A stretch of DNA of 64,000 bases, taken from a virus. The position numbers and the translations under genes are program-made. The first letter of the stretch is position 1; each line of letters opens with the position of its first letter. This document shows positions 1 to 9,581 of this stretch, piece by piece. Under the pieces are notes generated by a model, which did no database searches, was not told where the DNA came from, and worked only from the letters and a program-made list of their open reading frames with translations. The DNA lies in IMG/VR virus record IMGVR_UViG_3300021492_000072, one strand, 5' to 3'.

Positions 1-134
1 TCAAGATCTTGGAGCATTCGTTTCACTAAAGCAGACCTTAACCGTTGTAACCCCGTGTGGTACAACCAAACCCTCCACCAGTACGACTGCCTTATAATAC
101 TCACCATTGTACCACAAGTCAATACAAAGGTTCA

Positions 135-863
135 TTACTTACACATTGACTCTAAAAAGGTCATCAATTCCTTTGACTTCACCAACTGGTGGGGGCTTAG
201 CCGCTTATGGAAATCAGTCACAGCCCGCTCTTGAACGACTCGAAAGCACCAAGAAGTGTCAACCGACCTCACGTTCGGGAAAGCACCATAAACACGAAGT
301 TCATTAGGGTGACCCAAACCTAAGATGTGAACAGGAATTTCAGCTCCTACTTCCATCAAATAAGTCAGCGCTCTATGTCGTCCTGCTACCACGAACGCGG
401 GCATAGGCTGCTTTGGACGAGCCTCCTTTGGTGTCAAAGCGAGTGACGCCGCTTTACCCAAGCCGATCACATCACACCACGGCGCGTCTACAAATACCTT
501 CAGACATTCCATATACTCTTTAGGGCTGTTCCCTTGAGGAACGCACATGATCTTCGTAGTGGGGAACTCCGATCTTATAAGGGCGGCAAATTTAGCAGAT
601 TCCTCACAAGTCCTTTCAGCGTCATACAAATAATCGGGTGCGACGACCTCATGTGGACGCAACACTTCCACTTTCGCTTTATCAATCTGAGGCGTTCCTG
701 TCTCAACAACTCCATTATCTAAGACAATATATGCCCCACTCTCGCGTTGCCTCTCGTAAAACTCTAAATACTCCCCTTCCAGTAAGTGAGCCAATACAAG
801 GTGCTGATTTAAGTGGCTCACTAAGTCTAGATGAGGAATTGGTGCGTTGATCATTAACTTCAC
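135..863 (-). CDS. TGT-fold protein, candidate DpdA-like deazaguanine DNA transglycosylase
   Basis: Motifs IVLDNG, CVPQG, VHILGLG and RSVDTS resemble the TGT barrel; folE2, queD and queE are in the same window. Confidence 0.6.
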   Translation of the reverse strand: MKLMINAPIPHLDLVSHLNQHLVLAHLLEGEYLEFYERQRESGAYIVLDNGVVETGTPQIDKAKVEVLRPHEVVAPDYLYDAERTCEESAKFAALIRSEFPTTKIMCVPQGNSPKEYMECLKVFVDAPWCDVIGLGKAASLALTPKEARPKQPMPAFVVAGRHRALTYLMEVGAEIPVHILGLGHPNELRVYGAFPNVRSVDTSWCFRVVQERAVTDFHKRLSPHQLVKSKELMTFLESMCK

Positions 864-878
864 TGCCTACCTCCCATA

Positions 879-1748
879 TTACTCTAATCGAACCCCCAAA
901 TCCTCCGGGGGTAGAACTTGATACCCAAACCCTGGTATTACCTTAAAGTGACGCAAAAGCCTTTTTGCTGTTGACTCTGAAATATTAAATTTCTGCGCCA
1001 ACTTCTGAGTCGCCTCCTTCGCGCTGCTCGACGTGCACAAACATTCCAAAACCTGTCGCTTAACTTCGTCCTTACCTAATTTAAGGTAAGCCTTACCTAA
1101 CCAACTGTGACTAAAATTACTCCCTGGGAGCTTAATTCCATACTTGAACAACAGTGCCCTCACAGGCTTAACATCAAAACCCAACTTAGCAGCAATTTTT
1201 ATTTGCGTCCTGTATTTCTCCGCTAGTCGAGCAAGAAAGCGACGTTTACTCTCCTCAGTTATACACCCTATACTATCTAGAAAACGCTCGACCATTATAC
1301 CGGAGCGTCTCACTTCCAGCCACTTCAGTTTCGCTAACACGCTCCTGACTCTCTCTTCCCTAGTAACACCCCCCACAACATACCGCACCAACTTCCTAAC
1401 AGCTTTACCATACGCAGTTTCTTCCCCCCTAAAAGGAGGAACGTAAAACTGGTACACGTCTCTTTGGGATTCGCGCAATAAATACTTCAAGGCGCGAACT
1501 AGGGGGGCTGGTGCGTACATAAGGTTATCAGAAAACCACCTATCACAAACAAACGACGACCCCGAAAGCCATAACGAAATGTAGTTAGCCATACAGTAGC
1601 AAGTTTTCAAATCTTCAGAAAGACCATCAACCTCACCTACATCCACAACAACGGTCGAAATCCCCAGCGCTTTAGCTACATCCTTTGCTAAAGTAGTCTT
1701 ACCGACACCCCTATCACCTGTGAACGCGATTTTCAGAATTCTAGACAT
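879..1748 (-). CDS. dNMP/thymidylate kinase-like P-loop domain fused to a C-terminal HTH-like region
   Basis: Walker A GDRGVGKT and DR motif (VCDRW); basic helical C-terminus LAQKFNISESTAKRLL. Confidence 0.55.
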   Translation of the reverse strand: MSRILKIAFTGDRGVGKTTLAKDVAKALGISTVVVDVGEVDGLSEDLKTCYCMANYISLWLSGSSFVCDRWFSDNLMYAPAPLVRALKYLLRESQRDVYQFYVPPFRGEETAYGKAVRKLVRYVVGGVTREERVRSVLAKLKWLEVRRSGIMVERFLDSIGCITEESKRRFLARLAEKYRTQIKIAAKLGFDVKPVRALLFKYGIKLPGSNFSHSWLGKAYLKLGKDEVKRQVLECLCTSSSAKEATQKLAQKFNISESTAKRLLRHFKVIPGFGYQVLPPEDLGVRLE

Positions 1749-1961
1749 TTATTCATCCCGAGTTAATAGTTGTCGCATTATAAGATCCAAAAAAATGATG
1801 AGCACCGTCATCGCTGCGAAACTGTAAATCAGGGTTCTGCACGGGAGCCCAACATACACAAGCAAAGCATGAATGCCTTCCGCAACAACGCAAATCCCTG
1901 TTAAGATCCATGCTAAAACCAGCAAACCCACCACTACATCAATAACAATATTATCCTTCAT
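1749..1961 (-). CDS. small two-TM membrane protein
   Basis: Two hydrophobic stretches; abuts both neighbours. Confidence 0.55.
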   Translation of the reverse strand: MKDNIVIDVVVGLLVLAWILTGICVVAEGIHALLVYVGLPCRTLIYSFAAMTVLIIFLDLIMRQLLTRDE

Positions 1962-2382
1962 TTTGTACCTCCATCAAACGCGAAAGTACTCTATCAAAAT
2001 CACACATGAAAAAACCATCTGTATACATAAACGGCTGTACCCGAAAAGGTAAATCTTTCACAGCCGTTAAGAAGTAAGTAGCCACGCCCTCCTTCTGCAC
2101 TACGAGGCTCACTGGTTGAGCGATGCCCAGCGCGTCTCGTACCGCTTTTTGTAAATCCCCATAAAGACCTACCTTCATTAATCTCACTATAGAAAAGTCA
2201 ACACATACACAGTACAGCCAACCTCGCAGAGCACAACTAAAATGTCTAACCTGCCCAAGCAACCGCGCGTGCAGCGTTGCTTCAATCTCGGAACATAAAA
2301 ACGGATGAAACTTATTAAGCACCTTCTTCTCGAGGTACCTCTGGCGCCTCTCCGCTTTCGTCTGAGGGAACGTCGCCAACAT
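1951..2382 (-). CDS. hypothetical protein
   Basis: Fits the operon packing. Confidence 0.5.
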   Translation of the reverse strand: MLATFPQTKAERRQRYLEKKVLNKFHPFLCSEIEATLHARLLGQVRHFSCALRGWLYCVCVDFSIVRLMKVGLYGDLQKAVRDALGIAQPVSLVVQKEGVATYFLTAVKDLPFRVQPFMYTDGFFMCDFDRVLSRLMEVQNEG

Positions 2383-3388
2383 ACTTACCTCCCTCTTTCC
2401 TCATTTGTCTGATCTGCGCTACTGCTGGGGCAAGATCGCCATAAAACGCGGACACAACAGATTTCTCAATCGCCTCAGAGATCTCGGGAGGTGCGGCGCC
2501 TTGAAACTTCTGACCCCCAAACTCACACCAACCTCCTCCTAGCTTTTTCACAAAACCCCATTGTGACGCGAGGCTCAGAATAGCTCTTGAATCATCAAAA
2601 CCCGAGTCGAAATAGTAATCCACAGATGACCGCAGATATGGTCGACGTAACTTATTCTTTACACAAAACACTTCAAGACGTATCCCTATTACCTCATCCT
2701 CTTTATCCTTGATCAACTGAGTCCTCTTCAATAGAATCTGAACTGCGCTGTGGAAATCGAACGTATGACCGCCAATTTTAGTATACCCCACAGAACCAAA
2801 CGACCCTATCTTCTCCTTCATTTGATTTGTTGCAACAAATAAGGCGTTGAGCCTAGCTATACGAGTCGTCAGTTGTCTAAACATACGTGATAGTGTTCGT
2901 GCGTGAAGACCCAACGACTTCCCCGACGAGTCAACATCAACCTCCTCAAGCACAGGAGTTGCCGCGACTGAGTCCAATGCAAGCACCACTGGGGACACGC
3001 CCTTCAACTCATTACACAAGAAAAGAAACTGTTCACCGACCAGCTGTAAGTTATCAGGATTGAGTAGTAGTAAATCTCTAGGAATTACTCCAAACAAGCG
3101 GGCCCAATCTTCTGTATACGAAAACTCAGAATCACACAAAGCCGCGAAACCATTGAACTGATGACAAGCTCCGATAATCGCAGCAATAACTGCTGACTTC
3201 CCGACAGATTCGAATCCATAAATCTCAACAACCCTGCCGAGTGGAAAGCCCGGCATGCCCAAAACAAAGTCGATCGGTAGTACGCATGAAGGTAAATAAC
3301 CACGCGCCTCCTGTTTAACGCCCTCCAATGCGCCTAACGACCCGAATCGTCGTTCCATCTTCTTTACAACTGTGTCTAAACTACTCAT
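2315..3388 (-). CDS. recA: RecA/UvsX-like recombinase
   Basis: GFPLGRVVEIYGFESVGKS, DSEFS, LDSVAA, TNQMKEKIG, GG..FDFHS, KNKL. Confidence 0.93.
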   Translation of the reverse strand: MSSLDTVVKKMERRFGSLGALEGVKQEARGYLPSCVLPIDFVLGMPGFPLGRVVEIYGFESVGKSAVIAAIIGACHQFNGFAALCDSEFSYTEDWARLFGVIPRDLLLLNPDNLQLVGEQFLFLCNELKGVSPVVLALDSVAATPVLEEVDVDSSGKSLGLHARTLSRMFRQLTTRIARLNALFVATNQMKEKIGSFGSVGYTKIGGHTFDFHSAVQILLKRTQLIKDKEDEVIGIRLEVFCVKNKLRRPYLRSSVDYYFDSGFDDSRAILSLASQWGFVKKLGGGWCEFGGQKFQGAAPPEISEAIEKSVVSAFYGDLAPAVAQIRQMRKEGGKYVGDVPSDESGEAPEVPREEGA

Positions 3389-4239
3389 TACTTCTGCCCC
3401 ATCAACCTATTTAATGCGTCCTTCACCTTCTGAGGATCAAACCCAGTCTGTGGTGTTTGAGGCTGTGCCGGTTGCTGTGGTACTGGCGTTGACGGCGCTT
3501 GGGGCTGTGTTGGTTGCTGAGGTACTGGTGTCGGTGTTGGCTGTTGTGGTACTGGCGTTGACGGCGCTTGGGGCTGTGTTGGTTGCTGAGGTACTGGTGT
3601 TGGCTGTTGTGGTGCTGATGCTGGTTGTGAACCGAGTGGTGCAACGGCCACGTCTATACTCTCATCTTGTAGCAAGCTGATAATGTACTCAGGTGTCGCC
3701 TTAGTATAAATCTTATCTAAATCATGCATTTTAGTCAACAATTGAGGATCAACCTCAGTTTGCTGTGGATCGGGGATAATCTGATACTTTGTCGATTTAA
3801 CCCCAGAACCTTCACGCACTACAGTTACGTTCCTTCCTGTTTTTGAGTCCGTTAGGTCACCCCACTGTGGGTCAATACAGAACTGCGCGAATTGGTTCCA
3901 TATTATCGGGGGCATTGCCCAAACATGTACACCACTATCTTTGTCCTCTAAGTCAACCATATTAACGAGGAACCTGTTTATCGTGTTGATTTTCCCTTCG
4001 AGTGAGGGAGCTAAAACAGGATCTTGAAGCATCGAGCAAACAATGCAGTTCCCTGGTGTACATAACACACTTCGTGATCCAACCCAATGCAACCTAACAG
4101 GCTTGTAAAACAAATGAGTGTCGGGCTTCCATGGGGGAAGAATTCTGATGTAATTCCGTCCCACTTTTGGCTTCCAGAAGGAACCAACTGTAGATGAATA
4201 CTGACCTAAATCCTTCTTGAGTTGTTCGATGTCTAACAT
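3388..4239 (-). CDS. single-stranded DNA-binding protein (gp32-like) with Pro/Gln/Thr linker
   Basis: FWKPKVG.N.IRILPPW, C..C, D.TD..TGR, G.G..TKY; lies between pol and recA; GGAGG upstream of ATG 4239. Confidence 0.75.
   Translation of the reverse strand: MLDIEQLKKDLGQYSSTVGSFWKPKVGRNYIRILPPWKPDTHLFYKPVRLHWVGSRSVLCTPGNCIVCSMLQDPVLAPSLEGKINTINRFLVNMVDLEDKDSGVHVWAMPPIIWNQFAQFCIDPQWGDLTDSKTGRNVTVVREGSGVKSTKYQIIPDPQQTEVDPQLLTKMHDLDKIYTKATPEYIISLLQDESIDVAVAPLGSQPASAPQQPTPVPQQPTQPQAPSTPVPQQPTPTPVPQQPTQPQAPSTPVPQQPAQPQTPQTGFDPQKVKDALNRLMGQK
3476..3613. repeat. ~69-bp tandem duplication encoding PTPVPQQPTQPQAPSTPVPQQP
   Basis: Near-identical copies start at 3476 and 3545. Confidence 0.9.
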
Positions 4240-4249
4240 ACTATACCTC

Positions 4250-6664
4250 CTAATAAAATAATTCTTCGCCCCCCTCCCATCTATCAGAGACCTTAATATC
4301 AACAGGGATAACGAGGGACGTATTCGGAATTGGACGTTCCATAACGTCCTTTATTATCTCTCCAACCTCTTCAACACAATCCTCAGGCGACTTAACTCCT
4401 ATTGCGTCATGCAGTTGTAAAATCACAACAGCGCCGGATCCCTTTGACTTCAACAGCTCGACCAACATCGAGAGAGATTGATTAGTATGATCCGCGATAG
4501 TACTTTGCGGCACGAAACTAAGTGCCTGTCTCTCCCATTCTGACAGGAAGGGGCCTGGAGGGAAAATCCTAGTCCTACCGTACAAGTTACGTAATACTCT
4601 TTTTGATCTAGCTTCTTCCACTACATAATCCATGAAAGACTTAATCTCGGGGAACTCCGTAAAAAATTGGTTCATGATCGCCTCAGCCTCTTTGAGTGAA
4701 ATTCGGAACTGATCAGCGACGCTGTGCGCCTGGCGCCCGTACATCAATCCATATACAACAAATTTAGCCATCTTCCTCTCAATGTCATCCTTATGAATCT
4801 TCTTTTTAAATATGCGCTCCGCAACGACTGTGTGAATATCACGCCCGGTGCTAAACGCTTCCATCATTGTCGCACACTGTGCAACATATGCCATTACTCG
4901 CGCTTCAGCCTGTGAATAGTCCGCCTCAATAAACTTATATCCTGGTGGGACATTAAAAATAGATCGTAGTGCCGATTTCGGTATGGTCTGAATTGGTGGT
5001 GATGTGCAAGAGAGACGCCCACTTACAGTACCAGTTACGTGATAATCAGGGTGGACTTTCCCATCTTTTGCCACAAACCTCCAGATTCCACCTCTCCCTC
5101 CCGCCAAGTATGTAGACAGTACCTTCTGACGCTTCCGTAACTTAATTAGTGAGTCAACTACAGATAAAGCCCTCGTGTCTTGTTTCTGCTTAGCCCATGC
5201 AAGTAACTTTTGTAGCGCTTCGGCACATGTTGACGCCTTTTCTCCTTTTGTCTTTACAAGCACAGGAAGGCCCAGATCCGAATAAAGAACATTGCTCAGC
5301 TGTGTCGAAGAGCGTGGATTGAACTTCTTGCCAACACTTCTGTACAAATCCTCCTCAAGGCTCATTACTTCATCTGCGACTTGTTTAGTCAACTCCTGAA
5401 CTCGATCCCCATCTACACTCATACCTTCAATTTCGACATGTGTTAACGCTATTTGAGTAGGAAGCGCTACATTCCAATATAAATAGGAGTACTCTTTCTC
5501 AATGCTCGGAATCATTTTCAGCGCGATTAGGCGTGTTACAATTGAGTCATGGGCGGTATATTCATATAGAATCGAGGAAGGAATTTCCGAGTAAGACTTA
5601 ACTTTATTAGCCTTCTTGTACAACTCTAAGGGCAGATCGTACTTAGGGTAATCTAAGTAGATCGATACTAGTGTAACTAAGTCACAAGGTATATTCTCGT
5701 TTAATACGTGCTGACCTAACATAGTGTCAAAATATATGTTATTGACAGTGAACCCACACTGATATAAAAACTCGAGATCGAACTTGATGTTTTGACCCAC
5801 TTTTCTACATCTCGAGTTCAGTATTCTTTCAACAAATGGCCTCACTACTGGATCATCGAAAGGAATAACAACACCTACATAGTCCTTAAAGGAGATACTC
5901 AGACATAAAACTCTATCACTAAAAGGGTCCACCCCTGTAGTTTCAACATCAAAAGCAAGCAACTCATCCTCAGGCAGCTCTTCCACCATGCGTGTGACTT
6001 CTTCCAGATCCCATAAAGTGTTCACCACAAAATAAGTCGACCGACTTTCTTGGTAATTTCCTGTCAAAACCCTATAGAGTTTCTGAACGTCACACATATA
6101 TAAAAATTCCCTCTCCCGTTGACGCAGGATACTCGCTGGGTGTATAAGAGGGAAAATGACACATCCATCAGTCGTGTGGAGAACATAACCACGAACCGCC
6201 ATTATGGAAGTCAAAGGCTCCTTTCGAGCTAACTGAAGTAACTCACACCCCTTAAGGTTAAGGATCGACGTTATGTACTCCAAAGCAAGCCCACCTAAAG
6301 GAATAATTAAACTAGGGTTGACTTTCTTAATCTCTTTCCGTAATCGTGGGATACAAAAGTTATCTCGGATCGACTTAACTGGGTTTTTGGCTGAACAAAG
6401 ACACGCGTTTGTGATATACAAGTACATCTCACGTTTACGTAAGAAGTCCTCAAAGTCGTGCGCGTCCGGTACTAACCACCCCAAGTATTTAAATAAGAAT
6501 TCACCACTCGCACCACAGAAGGGGATCCTACGTAGCAGCTCCTCGGATCCGGGACTTTCTCCCACGACCATAATCACCGCGCGTGGATCTCCATGTGGTG
6601 GGACAATTTTGACCTTAGGCTTTATTGGGCATAATCCACACATTGCATCTCCATATACATCCAT
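4250..6664 (-). CDS. polA: family A DNA polymerase with N-terminal family-4 uracil-DNA glycosylase domain and 3'-5' exonuclease
   Basis: UDG: GESPG..E, PFCGASG, TNACLC, HPASILR. Exo: FDVET, QNIKFD, Y...D. Pol: DYSQAEAR, R..AK...YG..YG, LHDAI. Confidence 0.93.
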   Translation of the reverse strand: MDVYGDAMCGLCPIKPKVKIVPPHGDPRAVIMVVGESPGSEELLRRIPFCGASGEFLFKYLGWLVPDAHDFEDFLRKREMYLYITNACLCSAKNPVKSIRDNFCIPRLRKEIKKVNPSLIIPLGGLALEYITSILNLKGCELLQLARKEPLTSIMAVRGYVLHTTDGCVIFPLIHPASILRQREREFLYMCDVQKLYRVLTGNYQESRSTYFVVNTLWDLEEVTRMVEELPEDELLAFDVETTGVDPFSDRVLCLSISFKDYVGVVIPFDDPVVRPFVERILNSRCRKVGQNIKFDLEFLYQCGFTVNNIYFDTMLGQHVLNENIPCDLVTLVSIYLDYPKYDLPLELYKKANKVKSYSEIPSSILYEYTAHDSIVTRLIALKMIPSIEKEYSYLYWNVALPTQIALTHVEIEGMSVDGDRVQELTKQVADEVMSLEEDLYRSVGKKFNPRSSTQLSNVLYSDLGLPVLVKTKGEKASTCAEALQKLLAWAKQKQDTRALSVVDSLIKLRKRQKVLSTYLAGGRGGIWRFVAKDGKVHPDYHVTGTVSGRLSCTSPPIQTIPKSALRSIFNVPPGYKFIEADYSQAEARVMAYVAQCATMMEAFSTGRDIHTVVAERIFKKKIHKDDIERKMAKFVVYGLMYGRQAHSVADQFRISLKEAEAIMNQFFTEFPEIKSFMDYVVEEARSKRVLRNLYGRTRIFPPGPFLSEWERQALSFVPQSTIADHTNQSLSMLVELLKSKGSGAVVILQLHDAIGVKSPEDCVEEVGEIIKDVMERPIPNTSLVIPVDIKVSDRWEGGEELFY

Positions 6665-6725
6665 TCTTATCCTCCACCTCTCAGTATTCTATTACTTATG
6701 TGTTCTTCATACACGTGTGGAGGAC

Positions 6726-7280
6726 TTAGGAAGAACCCGGCTCAACCTTAATCCAAAACGCTTGCTTCGTGTGGTACTTATTGCACTCTTTCATAAAAAT
6801 TGGGGTTAAACATTCAATATCAACCCTGATATCCCCCGCTACTATCTCTTCCATCCAATCATGCACCCCAATTATATCATCGGGCTTCAGGAAACGCGCA
6901 TAAATATTGAACTCATTGATCTTATTACCATTATCACAGTAAACAAAGACCCTATCAGGCGATTCGATTAGCTTACGTATCTCATCTATAGTTTTAGGCT
7001 CAAAAATATCAGCCTTTCGAAAATCAACTCCAAACTTCTGAAAAAGAACCTTACCTCTACCAATCTCTAAATAGGCTGTCGTCTTATCATAAGTGATAAA
7101 CTCACTGTCGTATGCTTTAGCCAGAAAATGCATAAAAAGGCTCGCTCCACCCCACCCCGTCCCCAACTCTATGACTCTCCTTGGTGCGTAGGTCTTAAAT
7201 ATCAACTCAAAAAGATACAAAGCCGACCAACTCTGATAGACTTTGATCCCACAAAAAGAGGATGGTATCTCAAAACACAC
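6726..7280 (-). CDS. class I SAM-dependent methyltransferase (CmcI/Methyltransf_24-like)
   Basis: VIELGTGWGG, ITYD, VYCDNG, VHDW. Confidence 0.75.
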   Translation of the reverse strand: MCFEIPSSFCGIKVYQSWSALYLFELIFKTYAPRRVIELGTGWGGASLFMHFLAKAYDSEFITYDKTTAYLEIGRGKVLFQKFGVDFRKADIFEPKTIDEIRKLIESPDRVFVYCDNGNKINEFNIYARFLKPDDIIGVHDWMEEIVAGDIRVDIECLTPIFMKECNKYHTKQAFWIKVEPGSS

Positions 7281-7447
7281 TACTTACGTCTCCCCCCTAA
7301 GTTACGTCCTCTTCCTCTACCAAATCCAGGGCCGCCATTAGAGCAAGGGCCTGTATTACGCCCACCTCTACGACCTCCTGGCATGCCAACTCCACGTCCA
7401 CGACCATCACGTGGACGCAACTGTCCTCTTGGATTCCTCTCTGACAT
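7280..7447 (-). CDS. small Gly/Arg-rich basic protein (DUF5320-like)
   Basis: PRDGRGRG..PGGRRGGR..GPC...GFGRGRG; GGAGGAGG RBS. Confidence 0.55.
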   Translation of the reverse strand: MSERNPRGQLRPRDGRGRGVGMPGGRRGGRNTGPCSNGGPGFGRGRGRNLGGRRK

Positions 7448-7463
7448 TTCCTCCTCCTTCTTT

Positions 7464-7949
7464 TTATTTGCCTGTACTTCCTGCGCCGCCTCCTCTGTCG
7501 TAAAGATAATCTGGTAACTTAGTAACATTCAAGGTCCCTCCATAGAAGAGAGGAACAAAAAGGACCTGCAACACCCTCTCCCCGCTCGAAATATGTATGA
7601 CATCAGAGTAACAGTTAGTAGCAAACGGAGTCCAGGGGAGAAGATAACCAGGATCAAAGATTGACATCGCAACTAAGCCCTTTCTTCTCCACGAAGACCG
7701 AGGCACTACCAGACCACAGACTCCTTGTGGGACTACGATTCTACACGCACAATCAAGCTTAACGGTTTCACCAGGTTGGATGATGTAAGTTTTGATGTAA
7801 GTTTTATCTTCTTCACTAGAGTAATCAGTCGGATCAGGATGATTAGCGGGAAGAACTCTGAAGACGCGTAGGTCGAAACCAGCGTCGTGAACATTTCCTT
7901 TTCTAGGGTAAAACCCTTTAACCAATTCCTGAAAATAGATTTCTTGCAT
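7464..7949 (-). CDS. dut: trimeric dUTPase
   Basis: Five motifs: AGFDL, PRSS, DPGY, GERVLQ, RG..GSTG; GGAGG before ATG 7949. Confidence 0.85.
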   Translation of the reverse strand: MQEIYFQELVKGFYPRKGNVHDAGFDLRVFRVLPANHPDPTDYSSEEDKTYIKTYIIQPGETVKLDCACRIVVPQGVCGLVVPRSSWRRKGLVAMSIFDPGYLLPWTPFATNCYSDVIHISSGERVLQVLFVPLFYGGTLNVTKLPDYLYDRGGGAGSTGK

Positions 7950-7950
7950 C

Positions 7951-8769
7951 TTATACCTCCTGAAGGAACCACCAAGCATTGACCCGATCCGAACAATCGA
8001 ACGCAACCGCTTGGTGGACATGAATACTTTCTTGGTGTTCAACTTTCACCCAAAACCCATCACTAACGGGGTTCTTCGAGAGTCGATCGCTTATAGCTCT
8101 AACCATATCCTCTACGAACTTCGGGTTCTCATAAGCCTCAACCGTTACATGCTTCTCATCTGGTCTCTTCAAAAGCTCGAACACAGGAGCGCTAGCACAC
8201 TCCTCTACCAAATTGACAATATGCTCAAACAATACAGTACCTTTGGGGTTGATTAAGGCAACGGACGCAAAAGACCTCTGGTTGTGAGCACCTTTTCCGT
8301 TTGCTATCTCCTTTGAACATGGACAACAAGAAGTGTAAGGCACTTTTACAATCATAAGCAGTGAAGTACTCGAAGACTCACAAATACCTACGACGGAAGC
8401 AGTAATAGGTAGAAACTGCTTTATCATGCTTTGTGGAGACGTTTTCTCAACGAAGTAATCAAGCGTCACCTTCACAAAGCCGTCTGCACTACCTAACCTC
8501 TCCTTCAGGAAATCCAAAGACTTTACTACGTTATCCGCAAGTAGACATTGTTTCTCAAAGCACTTATAGACGACCTCAACAGTACGTGACATATTAATCC
8601 CACGTACCTCCGGAGTTAGCGAACAATACACTGACAGTATAGCTGGGGTCCGAACATAACCCAACGAAGGGTAAAATACGTAAACAGGATGCTTCACCCC
8701 TTCAACTCCAACCCATGGAACCCGGCGTTTTACCTGGCTCGAAGTATTCTGAACATCAGGTAACGTCAT
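7951..8769 (-). CDS. folE2: GTP cyclohydrolase IB (FolE2)
   Basis: LPDVQ, RGINMSR, CPCSK, GAHNQRS, LKRPDE, NPKFVEDMVR, ESIH.HQA. Confidence 0.95.
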   Translation of the reverse strand: MTLPDVQNTSSQVKRRVPWVGVEGVKHPVYVFYPSLGYVRTPAILSVYCSLTPEVRGINMSRTVEVVYKCFEKQCLLADNVVKSLDFLKERLGSADGFVKVTLDYFVEKTSPQSMIKQFLPITASVVGICESSSTSLLMIVKVPYTSCCPCSKEIANGKGAHNQRSFASVALINPKGTVLFEHIVNLVEECASAPVFELLKRPDEKHVTVEAYENPKFVEDMVRAISDRLSKNPVSDGFWVKVEHQESIHVHQAVAFDCSDRVNAWWFLQEV

Positions 8770-9581
8770 ACTTCACCTCCTTTTTCCAAAATCTCACCTA
8801 AAGTAAAAAAATCGCCCGTACTAACACGAACACACGTCACCCTCAACAAATCCATTGTCTTAAAGTCGCTTGGTGACCCTTCAATCATAAACCCGGCGTA
8901 CGAATTAGGCACTCCTAGCTTGTATAACTTAACCGCATCAGACAAACCATCAAAGTGTGAATCACTATCCCAAAGAACAACCACACTTTTCACCCCCATA
9001 ACTCTCAACATCTGAGGCAACTCTCTATATACACTCTTACCAAAAGTACACACCGCAAAACCCTTCAGAGGCAGATAGTCAAAATAACCCTCAACAAGAA
9101 CAGCTACTGGGGAAACCAACTCATCTAAACCAATAGGGAAGTCGCACTTACGAAAACCAGGTGAAGACAAATACTTCGTGGGGCAGTCAAACATTCTAAC
9201 TTGATAAGATACACGACCGTCAAACTGAAGCGGTATAACCAAGCCGTAGCCTGTAGACGCGAATGTTAAATATACCTGCTGAAAATAGGAAACCGCGTTT
9301 TTGCGTTGCAGAAACCTAAAAACCTGTGGGTACTTTAGTTCGATCTCGCTAATAGTGTACTTCACAAACCTTCGCGGATCAGTTAAGGCAACTCTATCAA
9401 CATCAACACAATGTTTGTATAGCGTTAGGGGCACATCCCTCAATCGAGTAGTCCTACCTTTTGCCCCACACCGAAAACAGTGGTAAACTCCCTTCGACCA
9501 ATTAACGTACAAATGACCCTTTGTATCCGGGGGCTTCCCTATCAATACACAAAAAGGGCAGTTATATCTAGTTTCACTCAT
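8766..9581 (-). CDS. DNA primase (Zn finger + TOPRIM)
   Basis: CPFC...HLY...CFRC, VEGYFD, WDSD. Confidence 0.85.
   Translation of the reverse strand: MSETRYNCPFCVLIGKPPDTKGHLYVNWSKGVYHCFRCGAKGRTTRLRDVPLTLYKHCVDVDRVALTDPRRFVKYTISEIELKYPQVFRFLQRKNAVSYFQQVYLTFASTGYGLVIPLQFDGRVSYQVRMFDCPTKYLSSPGFRKCDFPIGLDELVSPVAVLVEGYFDYLPLKGFAVCTFGKSVYRELPQMLRVMGVKSVVVLWDSDSHFDGLSDAVKLYKLGVPNSYAGFMIEGSPSDFKTMDLLRVTCVRVSTGDFFTLGEILEKGGEV

Noticed and set aside
1-135. Possible queC fragment at the window edge
   Set aside because: It translates to a closed 44-aa ORF (MNLCIDLWYNGEYYKAVV...) with no SGG.DS motif.
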